Of a stretch of 64,000 bases of DNA, positions 17,742-27,585 are shown one piece after another. A program made the position numbers and the translations under genes. The notes under the pieces were generated by a model. That model saw only the letters and a program-made list of their open reading frames with translations, searched no databases and was not told the DNA's origin. The first letter of the stretch is position 1. The number at the start of each line of letters is the position of its first letter. The DNA comes from a virus (Duplodnaviria > Caudoviricetes), in IMG/VR virus record IMGVR_UViG_3300030330_004210, positions 1-64,000 of that record; one strand, given 5' to 3'.

Positions 17742-18612
17742 CTACCCCCAAAAGATTCCACTCTCTATAGTTCAATATATAGTTGGGAGGTCGCTCAACC
17801 TTGTGTCGATCCGAAGATCCCAAAAAGTTACAATAACCTTCCCAGTTGTCGATGGCATAGTACCAATGAACTTGCCCTGTCTCTTCCAATGTAACATGTT
17901 TGAAGACTTTTGCAAGGTCAAAAAAGCGTGCCGAGTATCTTTTTTCGATTGGCAGCTTTAATGTTGGATATTTGCCATCTTTTAAATTTTCACCGCTGTA
18001 TAAGCCGGTGCCCTTTCTGATTTCCCTACGAAATTCAAGAAACTCGTCTTTTCCAAATGTAAAGCCCAAATACAAGCCGTCAGCTACTGTTTTATCCTCG
18101 AATGACAGGGCAAAGTGTGCCTTGCTTGAAATGGTCTTCCGGTGTGGTCTGACTATCTCTGGACTGTAAACGCCATACGGAAAAGAAACATAATATTTGC
18201 TAGGGGCAACCCACTTGGAGAGGTTCGAGCCAATTCGAAACGCCGTTAGTGACCCGTGTATGACCGACCATGCGAGACAATCTCGCTTGCCGTGGTCTTT
18301 TATCGCCAAAGGGACATAAAAAATTGGTATCTTTCTTTGTGACAACGAAGAGTTGCGACCCGGCTGCTTTCCGAAGAAAGCTGGGTCTTGGACAAATTCG
18401 CCCACCCTGTGTCTCAAGAGGGGTGCCATATCATCGTTGGCGACAATCCATATTGTCTCACAGCCAGCGTGAGCGCACTCCATAACAGATCTTTCTATTG
18501 CCGAATAGTTTGGCGCTATAGGCATCAGACAATCAGCCCAATCCATTTTATAATCAAGCATCTGACCCGCTACGGGTATAATTCCAGCTAGGTGGAAATA
18601 GTTTGTAGACAT
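17728..18612 (-). CDS. Divergent sugar-nucleotidyltransferase-fold protein
   Basis: GIIPVAG...LMPI...IERSVMEC..AGCETIWIV N-terminal fold; canonical GTR/PK residues absent. Confidence 0.55.
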   Translation of the reverse strand: MSTNYFHLAGIIPVAGQMLDYKMDWADCLMPIAPNYSAIERSVMECAHAGCETIWIVANDDMAPLLRHRVGEFVQDPAFFGKQPGRNSSLSQRKIPIFYVPLAIKDHGKRDCLAWSVIHGSLTAFRIGSNLSKWVAPSKYYVSFPYGVYSPEIVRPHRKTISSKAHFALSFEDKTVADGLYLGFTFGKDEFLEFRREIRKGTGLYSGENLKDGKYPTLKLPIEKRYSARFFDLAKVFKHVTLEETGQVHWYYAIDNWEGYCNFLGSSDRHKVERPPNYILNYREWNLLGVDEHE

Positions 18613-19508
18613 TTGGCAATTTTCCCCAGATAACCGTTGGGCTTTGTGCCTCGGTATTTCTTAATAATCTCTTCGGGAGTCCTTGAATCAAATATTACCC
18701 TATCATCACCAGATTCGCTGTTCAAGCCCGTGCTTTCAACTTCTCTCTCGACAGACTCCAACTTCAGGGCATAATATTTGTATCTCTCTGGGTTAAGCTG
18801 GTCTCTCCCATTTCTGGCACCTCGAATACCCGCTTCTTTCATTAATGATTCAACCTTGAATCTAACATAAGTGTCCGAAAAGCGATAGTCGTTTAGCTGC
18901 TCCTCCGTCATGGACGATACACAAACCACATCCTTCTTGTTGTGGTTTCCATCTATCCTATCAGACGGATAGAATATAATCTCTTCTATAACAGACCCAC
19001 TAATATCAGTAATGAAATCCAAGCCGTGAGTGGTCCCAGAATACACATTAATCCAATCATAGACGTTAAACGTTTTCTCCTCTCTGCTGACCTTTTGCGA
19101 TAAGCCCTGTACTTGTTTGTCATCAAAAATCCTCACTCTCTCACAGTCAAAAATGTTTCTCTTTCTGGTAATTATGCTTATATCTTCTTCTATTCTAATA
19201 GATTTTGCTTTGTCGGCATATGGTATTTTTCCCGATATAGACAAGAGAAAATAGAGTCGCTCCCACATGTTTCTCTTGGGCAAGCCAGCCTTCTTTTTTA
19301 GATCTAAAGTTACAAATTCTCTTGGCTCTGGCTGCTCAATGATCTTATCAAGATCAAAATAGGGCTCAAAATAATCAAACCTGAATGGGATGCGAGGCTC
19401 AATATAAACTAGCGGATAGCCGGTGTAATAAGAGTAAAGGAGCGATGAGAGCGTCGCCCCGACAACCAACTCCTCACTCTTAGGCTTGGGTGCTCTCATG
19501 CCGCTCAA
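18588..19508 (-). CDS. Hypothetical protein with a degenerate Rossmann-like N-terminus
   Basis: ELVVGATLSSLLYSY resembles a beta-alpha dinucleotide-binding start. Confidence 0.45.
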   Translation of the reverse strand: MSGMRAPKPKSEELVVGATLSSLLYSYYTGYPLVYIEPRIPFRFDYFEPYFDLDKIIEQPEPREFVTLDLKKKAGLPKRNMWERLYFLLSISGKIPYADKAKSIRIEEDISIITRKRNIFDCERVRIFDDKQVQGLSQKVSREEKTFNVYDWINVYSGTTHGLDFITDISGSVIEEIIFYPSDRIDGNHNKKDVVCVSSMTEEQLNDYRFSDTYVRFKVESLMKEAGIRGARNGRDQLNPERYKYYALKLESVEREVESTGLNSESGDDRVIFDSRTPEEIIKKYRGTKPNGYLGKIAKCLQTIST

Positions 19509-19797
19509 TCATCTCTAAGATGGTCTTTTCGTCCTTTAAGCCAACTACCTGTTCGACAACCTTTCCTTCCTTAAGCACGGCTATGAAGGGGATTCCCCTC
19601 ACACCAAAGCTCTTAGCTAATTCTTGGCTATCATCCACATTAACTTTGCAAATGCTGGCGCTGGACTTCTCGGAAACTCTCTCCAGAATGGGATTTAGCA
19701 TTTTACAAGGTCCGCACCAATCAGCGTAAAAGTCAACAACAGTAATACCGCTAGCTGTCTCTTGCTTAAAGTTTGCCTCATTTAAAATTTTAATCAT
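19480..19797 (-). CDS. trxA: Thioredoxin
   Basis: VDFYADWCGPCK, GVRGIP. Confidence 0.95.
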   Translation of the reverse strand: MIKILNEANFKQETASGITVVDFYADWCGPCKMLNPILERVSEKSSASICKVNVDDSQELAKSFGVRGIPFIAVLKEGKVVEQVVGLKDEKTILEMIERHESTQA

Positions 19798-19946
19798 TTT
19801 CCTTGCCCTCTGTACTTCTTCTTGTATCCCTTTGGAGTAGTGCCATTTGAGCCCTTACTCTTATACTTGGTGCCTCTGCCGTTGCCGATAGAAGTCTTCT
19901 TGATTCTTCTTGGTCTTGGTGCCCAGCCGTTACCGATTTTCGCCAT
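19794..19946 (-). CDS. 50-aa basic protein not in the ORF track (MAKIGNGWAPRPRRIKKTSIGNGRGTKYKSKGSNGTTPKGYKKKYRGQGK)
   Basis: Manually translated; GGAG RBS; stop overlaps the trxA start (ATGA). Confidence 0.75.
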   Translation of the reverse strand: MAKIGNGWAPRPRRIKKTSIGNGRGTKYKSKGSNGTTPKGYKKKYRGQGK

Positions 19947-20205
19947 TGTTCTCTCCCTTAATTAAAAAATCTAATTGTCCACTCTCATCTTCTGCGGCTA
20001 AATCACTATAGCCACCTATCAACTTGCCATTTAGGTAGATTTGAGGAACAGTGTGTTTCCCTGTCGCCTCTCTAAGCATCATCCTAGCAACTTCATTATC
20101 TGTTACATCGACCACCTCAAAGTGCGCCCCCTTATATAATAACAGATTAGCAGCTTTCTTGCAAAAAGTACAGTAGTTTGTGGAATAAATTCTAAACTTG
20201 TTCAC
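19930..20205 (-). CDS. Glutaredoxin
   Basis: IYSTNYCTFC, TVPQIY, IGGYSDL; likely GTG start at 20205. Confidence 0.9.
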   Translation of the reverse strand: MNKFRIYSTNYCTFCKKAANLLLYKGAHFEVVDVTDNEVARMMLREATGKHTVPQIYLNGKLIGGYSDLAAEDESGQLDFLIKGENNGENR

Positions 20206-20899
20206 TTTTTGACCCCCTGCGATATGCGCCGACCGCAACTGGAAAAAGATCCTCTGCAATCTCCAAGCAAGCCTCGGCGACCTTTTGAATTTCCCATTGC
20301 GCCCCTTCGTGTGTGCGAAGGTCAACGAACTTTAGAAGATTGTTTAGATTGACTGTACCGTAATACTCGGTGTAGAGATTCTGTGGCAAAATTCCACGAG
20401 CTTGTTCGCGACATACGCCATTCTTTATCAGGCTATCGTATAATCTTAAACTATCCTTGTGATGCTGCTTAACCTTCTTAGACGCCGAGATCTCATAGCC
20501 CCGTTCCGTGTAAAGGTTCGGGTTGACCAGATCTTCAAGATTGCTTGCCTGTCGGTTGGACTTGTGTTGAGTGCGAAACTCGCTTGGCTCGTAGAACTGG
20601 ATATTCACGTCTGTATACCTACGAGAAATCTCGTTATAGCTCCAAGTCCTGTGTCTATGGTGTTGTCCGCGTACAAACAAAGGAACAACAAACCTAAAAG
20701 TAATGAGATTATGCTCAAACGTACTCGTGTGCCGATGCTTGACCAGATAGCTAATAAGCCTTTCGTCTTTCTCATCTAGCTCCTCCTTGTGTTTGCCAAA
20801 GCTAACGCGAGCAGAATTAACGATTGTGAGATCGCTGCCCATGTGATCGACATATTCTACACGCCCAATTTTATCACCATACAAATCAATCGATTTCAA
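20192..20899 (-). CDS. thyX: Flavin-dependent thymidylate synthase
   Basis: HTSTFEH, RHRTWSYNEISRRY, REQARGILP, AQWEIQ. Confidence 0.96.
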   Translation of the reverse strand: MKSIDLYGDKIGRVEYVDHMGSDLTIVNSARVSFGKHKEELDEKDERLISYLVKHRHTSTFEHNLITFRFVVPLFVRGQHHRHRTWSYNEISRRYTDVNIQFYEPSEFRTQHKSNRQASNLEDLVNPNLYTERGYEISASKKVKQHHKDSLRLYDSLIKNGVCREQARGILPQNLYTEYYGTVNLNNLLKFVDLRTHEGAQWEIQKVAEACLEIAEDLFPVAVGAYRRGSKSEQV

Positions 20900-21638
20900 T
20901 TAACACCTCATCAAGCATTTTTCTGCATTCTTTAATAATTGCTCGGTGATGCCATCTTGACTTGGGGGTTCTCTCCTCTTGCAACGATGCCTTAACATGA
21001 AAATTAATCTTTTCTGCAAGTTTGCTGACCCTCTCATCTTCGGGCAACTCATCCTTCGCTAAACTAATTCTTCTGCCGCCGTCTACGGGCTTGGCTCCCT
21101 CATAATCATCATCAAAGAACGGAATGTAGAACTTTCGCCCCTTCTTTGAAGAATAAAAATCTTCTCTTTCTTGCGCTGCTGCGCCACCGAGACTTACGTC
21201 CCTTGTCTGGATGGTTGTATCGCCTTCGATGTACTCAAATCGAAAGAATGGCTCACCCACTTCTTCAACAATTTTAGAACCCCAGATCACAGCCTCCTGA
21301 CCAAACTTCTTTCCAAGAAAAACTGCATCATCGCGAGTCATATTTGGAATAATAAAAGAATTTTCTGGAGTTCCAAACTTACCCTGTATGGGGATAAATC
21401 CATAGTTGAGAGATGCGAGCTTAGCAGCCAACTTCTGGTTGGCTTCCTTGTTGAAGCTGGCAGAAGCAGGCTCACCATCTGGATTTTCTGCCGTCAGAAT
21501 TCCCATTGTATCAATAGCTGGCACCATGCCTGTCATCATTTGTCGAACACGGGCAAATCCAGATTCATTTACCAAGTTCATATATCTTTGGGTTTTTACC
21601 TCCCTGATTAGGCGTCTTAGGGTCTTTTCAAAAGTCAT
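20886..21638 (-). CDS. DUF3293-like domain protein with a virion-type leader
   Basis: ILTAENP...N..L...G...ENSF...GKKFGQEAVI pattern; leader KTLRRLIREV. Confidence 0.55.
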   Translation of the reverse strand: MTFEKTLRRLIREVKTQRYMNLVNESGFARVRQMMTGMVPAIDTMGILTAENPDGEPASASFNKEANQKLAAKLASLNYGFIPIQGKFGTPENSFIIPNMTRDDAVFLGKKFGQEAVIWGSKIVEEVGEPFFRFEYIEGDTTIQTRDVSLGGAAAQEREDFYSSKKGRKFYIPFFDDDYEGAKPVDGGRRISLAKDELPEDERVSKLAEKINFHVKASLQEERTPKSRWHHRAIIKECRKMLDEVLIEID

Positions 21639-21644
21639 TTTCAG

Positions 21645-21926
21645 CTAGTCTCCTTCAATTGAGCACAAAATGTGGTTCTCCAACACTAAATAGAATGTCT
21701 CGCCTTTAAAGACAAATTCTTGAAGCAAGTGTCTAGGGAAAGCAACCACATCTCCCTCTGAATATTCTGCGCTACAAGAGTCTGACTCCCTAACTGTGCC
21801 CACAGCGTGAATGCTGTCTTGCACCTTGTAATCGTCGGGCAACAAGACAATCGTATCTTGTGCTTGCTCCTCTTGTTCATGAAGATCAATAACCATATAT
21901 CTGTTCTTTCCCTGTAAGCGCATCAA
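21645..21926 (-). CDS. groES: Co-chaperonin GroES-like
   Basis: 93 aa; IVLLPD mobile loop, EGDVVAF, GETFYLVLENHIL. Confidence 0.7.
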   Translation of the reverse strand: MMRLQGKNRYMVIDLHEQEEQAQDTIVLLPDDYKVQDSIHAVGTVRESDSCSAEYSEGDVVAFPRHLLQEFVFKGETFYLVLENHILCSIEGD

Positions 21927-22162
21927 AGCCTCCCTTCGTTAATGTGTTTTTCTAAAATATTTTGATGAATATAAAACTCATCGTGGCTTAAAAATGAAGT
22001 GCAAATCTTGCCACAATTCTTGCACCTAAACCGAACTGCTATATTGCCCCCCACCATAGCCTCTATGTGACCTGATGGGTAGTAAGCGTGATTGCCCTTG
22101 GTACACTCCCCCATGAGGTCGTGCCTAGAGACAAGGTGATTAAAGTTCATGTCTTCTCCCAA
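21923..22162 (-). CDS. Small zinc-ribbon protein
   Basis: C...H and CKNC. Confidence 0.5.
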   Translation of the reverse strand: MGEDMNFNHLVSRHDLMGECTKGNHAYYPSGHIEAMVGGNIAVRFRCKNCGKICTSFLSHDEFYIHQNILEKHINEGRL

Positions 22163-22164
22163 GT

Positions 22165-24024
22165 TTAAATATTAATTTCGCAACTTCCGCCAGCGCATGC
22201 CAACTCGCCCTGAAGGTCTGTATTATCTTGCGTCTCTACAACCTTCTCAAGATTCACAGACTCCAAACTCTTGAACATCCTATTATAGGTGTCCTCATCG
22301 CATTCTTCAAACGGTGCCTGAATGTATGTACCGCCGTCATGTGGCAGAACAGACAAGCCGTTGTAACAGCTTTTGTTATCCCACATCCACTCACCAACAG
22401 TGTCCCACTCGTCCTCTTTGATGGTGATAGTCGCGCTAACATTATGGGTGTTCTGACCCCTTCTGTGACCGCCCTTGACCCACTCGGTGCTGACTTTCTT
22501 TACTCTCTCAAGCAACTCAATTGCACTCTCTGACCGCAAAATAGCCCCTTCGGGTGCTTTTTGTGGAACCGAGATGACCGCCGTATCGTGGGGACGGAAA
22601 TACTCATCTTCCACTAGCTCGGGATGGGTTTCCACCAAATAGTTATAAATTGCTTCGTTTTTCCCAACCCGAAGTCTTCGAATATAGTATGGAGCATGCC
22701 ATGCATGAATCCCCGATGATGTTCCAAGAGTTAGGGACGTTGTACCAGCGGGCTTGACACACGTCGTGCGTGCAGCAGGATTGATACCCAGCAATTCAGC
22801 AACCCTAACATTCTCATCCTTTACAATTTTCGACGCCTGCTTCATATCAAAAGCCAAAACGTTCCCAGAAGCGATCCCTGTCATAGATACACCGATCAAA
22901 GCCTCTCGCTCGGTCGTTCTCTGCCAAACGGGTCTCAAGTAGTGGAAATCGGTGTAAGAAGCTTGCAAGGTTCCAATAAACGCAGCGGCGCGGACACGCT
23001 CCTCGTAGTCCTCTTGGCTATCCACATCAGAGACATTGACCTCGGTCAAGTTACAAAACTGATAGGGTCGCAAAGCAATCTCGCAACATGGGTTTGTGCC
23101 CCAGTCTTTATCGTGGGTAAAATAAAATCCCGGCTCACCGGCTCCACTGGCTCTCACACGCTCCCACAGATCCATGAAGAAGTCTTCAGTGATCAAGTGT
23201 CGCATCAATACAACAGAATTATTGGCGCGACCTCGCTGTGGATTCGACTCCCACCAACTGCCCGTCTTGCAGCCGATCATCTCGTCGTCGTCAGCCGAAA
23301 ATAGAGAAATCAGTGCTGCACGACGAATGCCCCCTGCCAAAACAGCATCTGCAATGTGGCACACCATATCATGAACCTCAATTGGACTTAGCTTGTCTCC
23401 GTTCTCCTTAGCCTCAAGCATGCCCTCCAACTTAACAAGGCACTCCTTAAGAGGTTGAGGTCCGGGGGCTTTTCCGCCAGATGTTACTAATCTAGCTCCT
23501 TTGGGTCTAATGTCCGAGAAATCGAAACGTAACTTAGACGTACCCTTGAAATAAGAGCCTACTAGCGCCTTCACTGCATCAGCCCACCCTTCAATAGAGT
23601 CCCCAACAAGATATCTGTAAGTCCTCTTGCCAGATGGCTTTCTAATCTCGGGCAACTTTTCAACATGATGTCGCTGAACGGAGTACCCAACGCCCGTGCC
23701 GCCAAGAAGCAAGAACATAGCCTCGCCAAAAGCTCGGATATCATCAATGGGCATATAAGCACAGTTGAATACTCGATTTGGGGCTACTTCAATCGGCTTT
23801 CCTCCAAACTGCATGGAGCGCATGGAAGGAAGCACCTTTTTCGCATAGACAAGCTCATAAGCCGCCTCTATCTCCTCTTTCATGTGCGGATATTTCTTGA
23901 TGTGCATTTGCTTGTTTCTGTCAACCAATTCAGAAAAAAGTTCACGTCGGTTGTTCTCCGCTAAAAACCTCGCATACTTCATGTGAACGGTGATGTCTGA
24001 TAAAATTTGTGATGCTAATTCCAT
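22165..24024 (-). CDS. nrdJ: Class II (B12-dependent) ribonucleotide reductase
   Basis: PSMR, FNC, GTGVG, TNPCCEI, CNLTE, VKPAGT, C-terminal ACAGGSCEI; no beta subunit nearby. Confidence 0.9.
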   Translation of the reverse strand: MELASQILSDITVHMKYARFLAENNRRELFSELVDRNKQMHIKKYPHMKEEIEAAYELVYAKKVLPSMRSMQFGGKPIEVAPNRVFNCAYMPIDDIRAFGEAMFLLLGGTGVGYSVQRHHVEKLPEIRKPSGKRTYRYLVGDSIEGWADAVKALVGSYFKGTSKLRFDFSDIRPKGARLVTSGGKAPGPQPLKECLVKLEGMLEAKENGDKLSPIEVHDMVCHIADAVLAGGIRRAALISLFSADDDEMIGCKTGSWWESNPQRGRANNSVVLMRHLITEDFFMDLWERVRASGAGEPGFYFTHDKDWGTNPCCEIALRPYQFCNLTEVNVSDVDSQEDYEERVRAAAFIGTLQASYTDFHYLRPVWQRTTEREALIGVSMTGIASGNVLAFDMKQASKIVKDENVRVAELLGINPAARTTCVKPAGTTSLTLGTSSGIHAWHAPYYIRRLRVGKNEAIYNYLVETHPELVEDEYFRPHDTAVISVPQKAPEGAILRSESAIELLERVKKVSTEWVKGGHRRGQNTHNVSATITIKEDEWDTVGEWMWDNKSCYNGLSVLPHDGGTYIQAPFEECDEDTYNRMFKSLESVNLEKVVETQDNTDLQGELACAGGSCEINI

Positions 24025-24027
24025 TTC

Positions 24028-25383
24028 TTAATTTGCCCCTTTTTTCTTAAACTTTTTATATTTGTCCTTAAGTTGTTCTGCCTGTGTTTTCATATTTAAC
24101 TCGACTTCTTCTCTGGAGATCTGCTGTAAAACTTTGATTTTTACATTGCTCGTATCCATAATCATCGGATAAATAATCCCATCAGGTCCATTCCTGTTCT
24201 TAGCTATGAACATGCGCCCAGTGTTAGCTACCTTGTCGTCTGCGGTTCTTGAGACCGAAAAAATGAAATCAGCAACGAAACACTTGTTGAATGCTTCGGA
24301 AATAGATTCCATTGTGATGACCTCGGCATTCAAGCCACTACGGTTTGTTTGTGATGCTGTCCAAATTGGACACTCTGTCTCCTGTGCGATTCCTCTTAGC
24401 TCTTCATAAATAGTTTCCAACTCATGTCTTTTCTCTCTCAAGCCAGAAATTGGTCTCAATAAATCAGCATAGTCGACGATGATCATATCAGGCTCTACGC
24501 CTCTATTTTTTAGCTTTTCTATATGAGATTTAATCGAATTAGTGGATGCCGACTTGGTTGGATATTCTTTTACAATCAGGGAACCATCCAATTCGGTAAC
24601 CTTCTCATAGATCATTTCCTTAAAAGAGAAAACATCACTCAAAGGGACGCCCGTAATGCAACTATCGTATCTGGTGCCGATAATTGTATCTGATAATTCT
24701 AGGGTATAGTGGACTACAGTTTTACCTGCCTTGACAGCTTGTGCGCCAAGGTGGACAAGCACCATTGACTTGCCTGCTCCGGTAGGCGCGATAACAACAC
24801 CAAGCTCACCTTTTCCAAGACCATTTTTACAAATGGAGTCTACTTCAGCCCAGCCTGTTGAGATAGGATCTCTTGCCTTAAATTCAAAACGCTTTTCAAA
24901 GTCCTTAAGATAATCATACCCATAGTCGTTCGAAGCACCCAACTTAAGAGCGTCATTGATCTCTTTCGATATCTCATCAAAAGATGCAGACTGAAGTAGT
25001 CCAACAGAGCGAAGCATAGCCTCTTTCAGCTTCTGCTTTCTACAAAAATCAAGAGCGGTACTCTTTACATATTCAGATCCCTCAACTTCAGTGTTGAAAA
25101 TTCTTGAAAAATAGTCCCTGACCTGCTTCTGAACTGCTTCATTTTCCTCGTCAAGCTCGGTTCTAAGGATAGTGATCATAATCTTGGTGGTCGGATGAAC
25201 ACTATACTTTTCTCTGTATTCGAAAACCTTCTTAACAAAGACTTGTAGATATTTAAGCTCCAAAAAGTTTAAATCAAGCACTTCTGATATTTGATCGGAA
25301 AACGGTCGATCTAGCAAAATTAGCTGACACAAGCTTTCCTGAAATGTCTTTCCAAAACGACCAAAGTCAGCTTTATCTGACAT
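24028..25383 (-). CDS. Replicative DnaB/gp41-like helicase
   Basis: APTGAGKS, IIVDYADLL, TASQTNR, KNRNG. Confidence 0.93.
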   Translation of the reverse strand: MSDKADFGRFGKTFQESLCQLILLDRPFSDQISEVLDLNFLELKYLQVFVKKVFEYREKYSVHPTTKIMITILRTELDEENEAVQKQVRDYFSRIFNTEVEGSEYVKSTALDFCRKQKLKEAMLRSVGLLQSASFDEISKEINDALKLGASNDYGYDYLKDFEKRFEFKARDPISTGWAEVDSICKNGLGKGELGVVIAPTGAGKSMVLVHLGAQAVKAGKTVVHYTLELSDTIIGTRYDSCITGVPLSDVFSFKEMIYEKVTELDGSLIVKEYPTKSASTNSIKSHIEKLKNRGVEPDMIIVDYADLLRPISGLREKRHELETIYEELRGIAQETECPIWTASQTNRSGLNAEVITMESISEAFNKCFVADFIFSVSRTADDKVANTGRMFIAKNRNGPDGIIYPMIMDTSNVKIKVLQQISREEVELNMKTQAEQLKDKYKKFKKKGAN

Positions 25384-25404
25384 GCATCCCCCCGTAGTTA
25401 TAGT

Positions 25405-25433
25405 ATTTTATCCGACTGTCAGATATTTGTCAA
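25405..25433 (-). promoter_or_regulatory. sigma70-type promoter
   Basis: TTGACA-17bp-TAAAAT. Confidence 0.7.
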
Positions 25434-26410
25434 GTCTTTTTATTTGAAACGACGCGCTTGAAGAAAGCGAACAAATCGGTGCAGTCCCAAACGCCAAAGC
25501 CATCCTTTATCATCATGGTCTTGGTACCCGTTTGGTTAAACTCTGGAACAAAATTATCGAGTGCGTAGCGCATTCTTGACTTTCCCTGTGGCGAGATAGA
25601 TGGCGAATACAGTTGCATAAGCCTGTAGTTTCCCTCGATCAGTTCTCGATTTTCTGCTATATTGCTGAAAATCTTAAGTTTGCTTTCTGTTTCCTCGCAT
25701 CGCTTCATAATATCATCTACAAGGAAAGATTTGTCTTCGACGAGGAACTCAAATCGTTTTGCCACGGATGCTAAACCGACGCCTCTTACACCCTCAAGGT
25801 TATCAGAGCGATCACCAACCATCGCTCTTGCTAGGGCAAAATTGTTAGGGTGAATCTTGTACTCTTCAAGGATATTGTTTCGATTTACAAACTTCTTTTG
25901 AATAGGTCGATATATGACTGTCTCCTCATCACAAAGTTGAAAAAAGTCCTTATCGCTAGAGACAATAATCTTCTGCCAGCCGCTATAATTACCGTCCTGA
26001 ACAACGTAAGAGATAATGTCATCGGCTTCAACTGCCTCAAGCATCAACTGGATAATCGGCATCTCATTCAAATACTCAATGAGCCTTTGCTGTTGCCACA
26101 TCTTGTTTTCTTGCTCTTCTGACTCTGACAGTGTTCGGATGTCTCTATTGAGCCTGATAGGAGAGCGACCCTCTTTGTAGTTCTTGTTTTTTGATTTACG
26201 ACGACGAGACCCTCCCGCGCCATCCCAACAGATGACAACTTCATCAGGCTTCATCTCTCGAACGAGCTTCTGAAGGATCTTCAAGAAGCCCTTCAAGCCG
26301 CCGATGGGCTGTCCGTTGGTAGACAAGGAAGGGTCTACAATGTATGCTCTGAAATACATGTTCAGGGCATCGATCACCAGTAAGCGCTTAGTTCTTTCAG
26401 TAGATGTCAT
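25430..26410 (-). CDS. 5'-3' exonuclease / flap endonuclease (T4 RNase H-like)
   Basis: LVIDALN, CWDG, YKEGR, EADDII, SSDKDF, GDRSDNLEGVRGVG. Confidence 0.93.
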   Translation of the reverse strand: MTSTERTKRLLVIDALNMYFRAYIVDPSLSTNGQPIGGLKGFLKILQKLVREMKPDEVVICWDGAGGSRRRKSKNKNYKEGRSPIRLNRDIRTLSESEEQENKMWQQQRLIEYLNEMPIIQLMLEAVEADDIISYVVQDGNYSGWQKIIVSSDKDFFQLCDEETVIYRPIQKKFVNRNNILEEYKIHPNNFALARAMVGDRSDNLEGVRGVGLASVAKRFEFLVEDKSFLVDDIMKRCEETESKLKIFSNIAENRELIEGNYRLMQLYSPSISPQGKSRMRYALDNFVPEFNQTGTKTMMIKDGFGVWDCTDLFAFFKRVVSNKKT

Positions 26411-26428
26411 TCTATCCTCCACCAAAAG

Positions 26429-26457
26429 AACTTATCACGCTTCTCTTGGCTTGTCAA
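26429..26457 (-). promoter_or_regulatory. sigma70-type promoter
   Basis: TTGACA-17bp-TAAGTT with extended -10 TG. Confidence 0.6.
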
Positions 26458-26460
26458 GTG

Positions 26461-27582
26461 TTAATTATCACCGCTCGTTTCCTCATCAGTGTTATAGAAA
26501 TCTTTTGCGTCGCCCTCTCGCTTGTCGAACTTCTGGATTACTTCACGGTCCATAATCTCCAGAACGCGAGCCCTGAATTTGTCGCTTTCCAGCGCCTTCA
26601 TCCACTTTGAGGGCTGGAACTTATCCACGGTGCCGTCTTCATACTGAAGAGAGTACCAAGAGCCGGAACTGGTGAGGCTTTTAGAGCCCTTAATCGCATC
26701 AAACCATGATTCCTCATCTTGAACGCCAATCTCATCACCCCATAAAATCTTGAAGTTACACTGGCGTCCTTGTGTTCCAAAGCGAGACTTCTCAAGCTTA
26801 ACCTTGACTTCAGAGCCGATTCTAAACCCCTTATCATCAGTTACAAAGCTAGCCTTCGCTTTCCTGCCAGTTAGCCAGATGCGGAGCGAGTATGCATAAA
26901 TCATAGCCTTTCCACCCGGCGTCATATAAGGCGTTGTAAGAGCCTCCGAAGGGGATCGTGTAATGTTCGCCTTAAGCTGGTTGAGAACCAAGAAGGTAGA
27001 CTGGCTATTCGCAATAGGGACCGTCAACTTAGACATACCCTTTGCCAAAATACGAGCCTTGACAGCCATCGAAGACTGCGGATTAAAGTCGCCTTCAATG
27101 TCAGAAATGGCTGGTGTAAGTGCCAGTGAGTCCCAGATAAACAGCATACGATTCTCGCCGCTGCCCATCAACTCTTCAATGGTTTCTAGCACAAACTCAA
27201 CAGAAGTAGCCTGCACATATAGTAAGTTCTCTAGGTCGCACCCAGCCCTCTCCAAGAAAGAAGGGTCAATAGCTGACTCTGAATCAAAGTAAACCACATC
27301 TATGCCCATCTTTTGAGCATTTGCCGCCACTTGTGCTGCTAAATAACTTTTACCAGTCGCTTCGAGACCCGCGATCTCCACAACCTTGCCAACTGGAATG
27401 CCAGCCAACTTACCTTTACAAATAATCGAGTCAAGCCAGCGAGCGCCAGTTGGGATCCATTCTTTAACCTCTGTAGGGTTCTCACTTCTTAGGTCATGTG
27501 CGACTTTCATTCCCGCATTGCGGTTAATAATATCTCTCATCCTACTGATAGATAGTTTGCCCGCCTTAGCTGCCTTTGCCAT
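26461..27582 (-). CDS. recA: RecA/UvsX recombinase
   Basis: GLEATGKS, FDSE, WDSL, NQL, TPGGKA, KSRFG. Confidence 0.93.
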   Translation of the reverse strand: MAKAAKAGKLSISRMRDIINRNAGMKVAHDLRSENPTEVKEWIPTGARWLDSIICKGKLAGIPVGKVVEIAGLEATGKSYLAAQVAANAQKMGIDVVYFDSESAIDPSFLERAGCDLENLLYVQATSVEFVLETIEELMGSGENRMLFIWDSLALTPAISDIEGDFNPQSSMAVKARILAKGMSKLTVPIANSQSTFLVLNQLKANITRSPSEALTTPYMTPGGKAMIYAYSLRIWLTGRKAKASFVTDDKGFRIGSEVKVKLEKSRFGTQGRQCNFKILWGDEIGVQDEESWFDAIKGSKSLTSSGSWYSLQYEDGTVDKFQPSKWMKALESDKFRARVLEIMDREVIQKFDKREGDAKDFYNTDEETSGDN

Positions 27583-27585
27583 TTT

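Noticed and set aside
14325-24024. Inteins or introns in dnaE and nrdJ (also checked helicase, recA, terminase)
   Set aside because: Protein lengths and motif spacing are normal; no splice-junction or homing-endonuclease insertions seen
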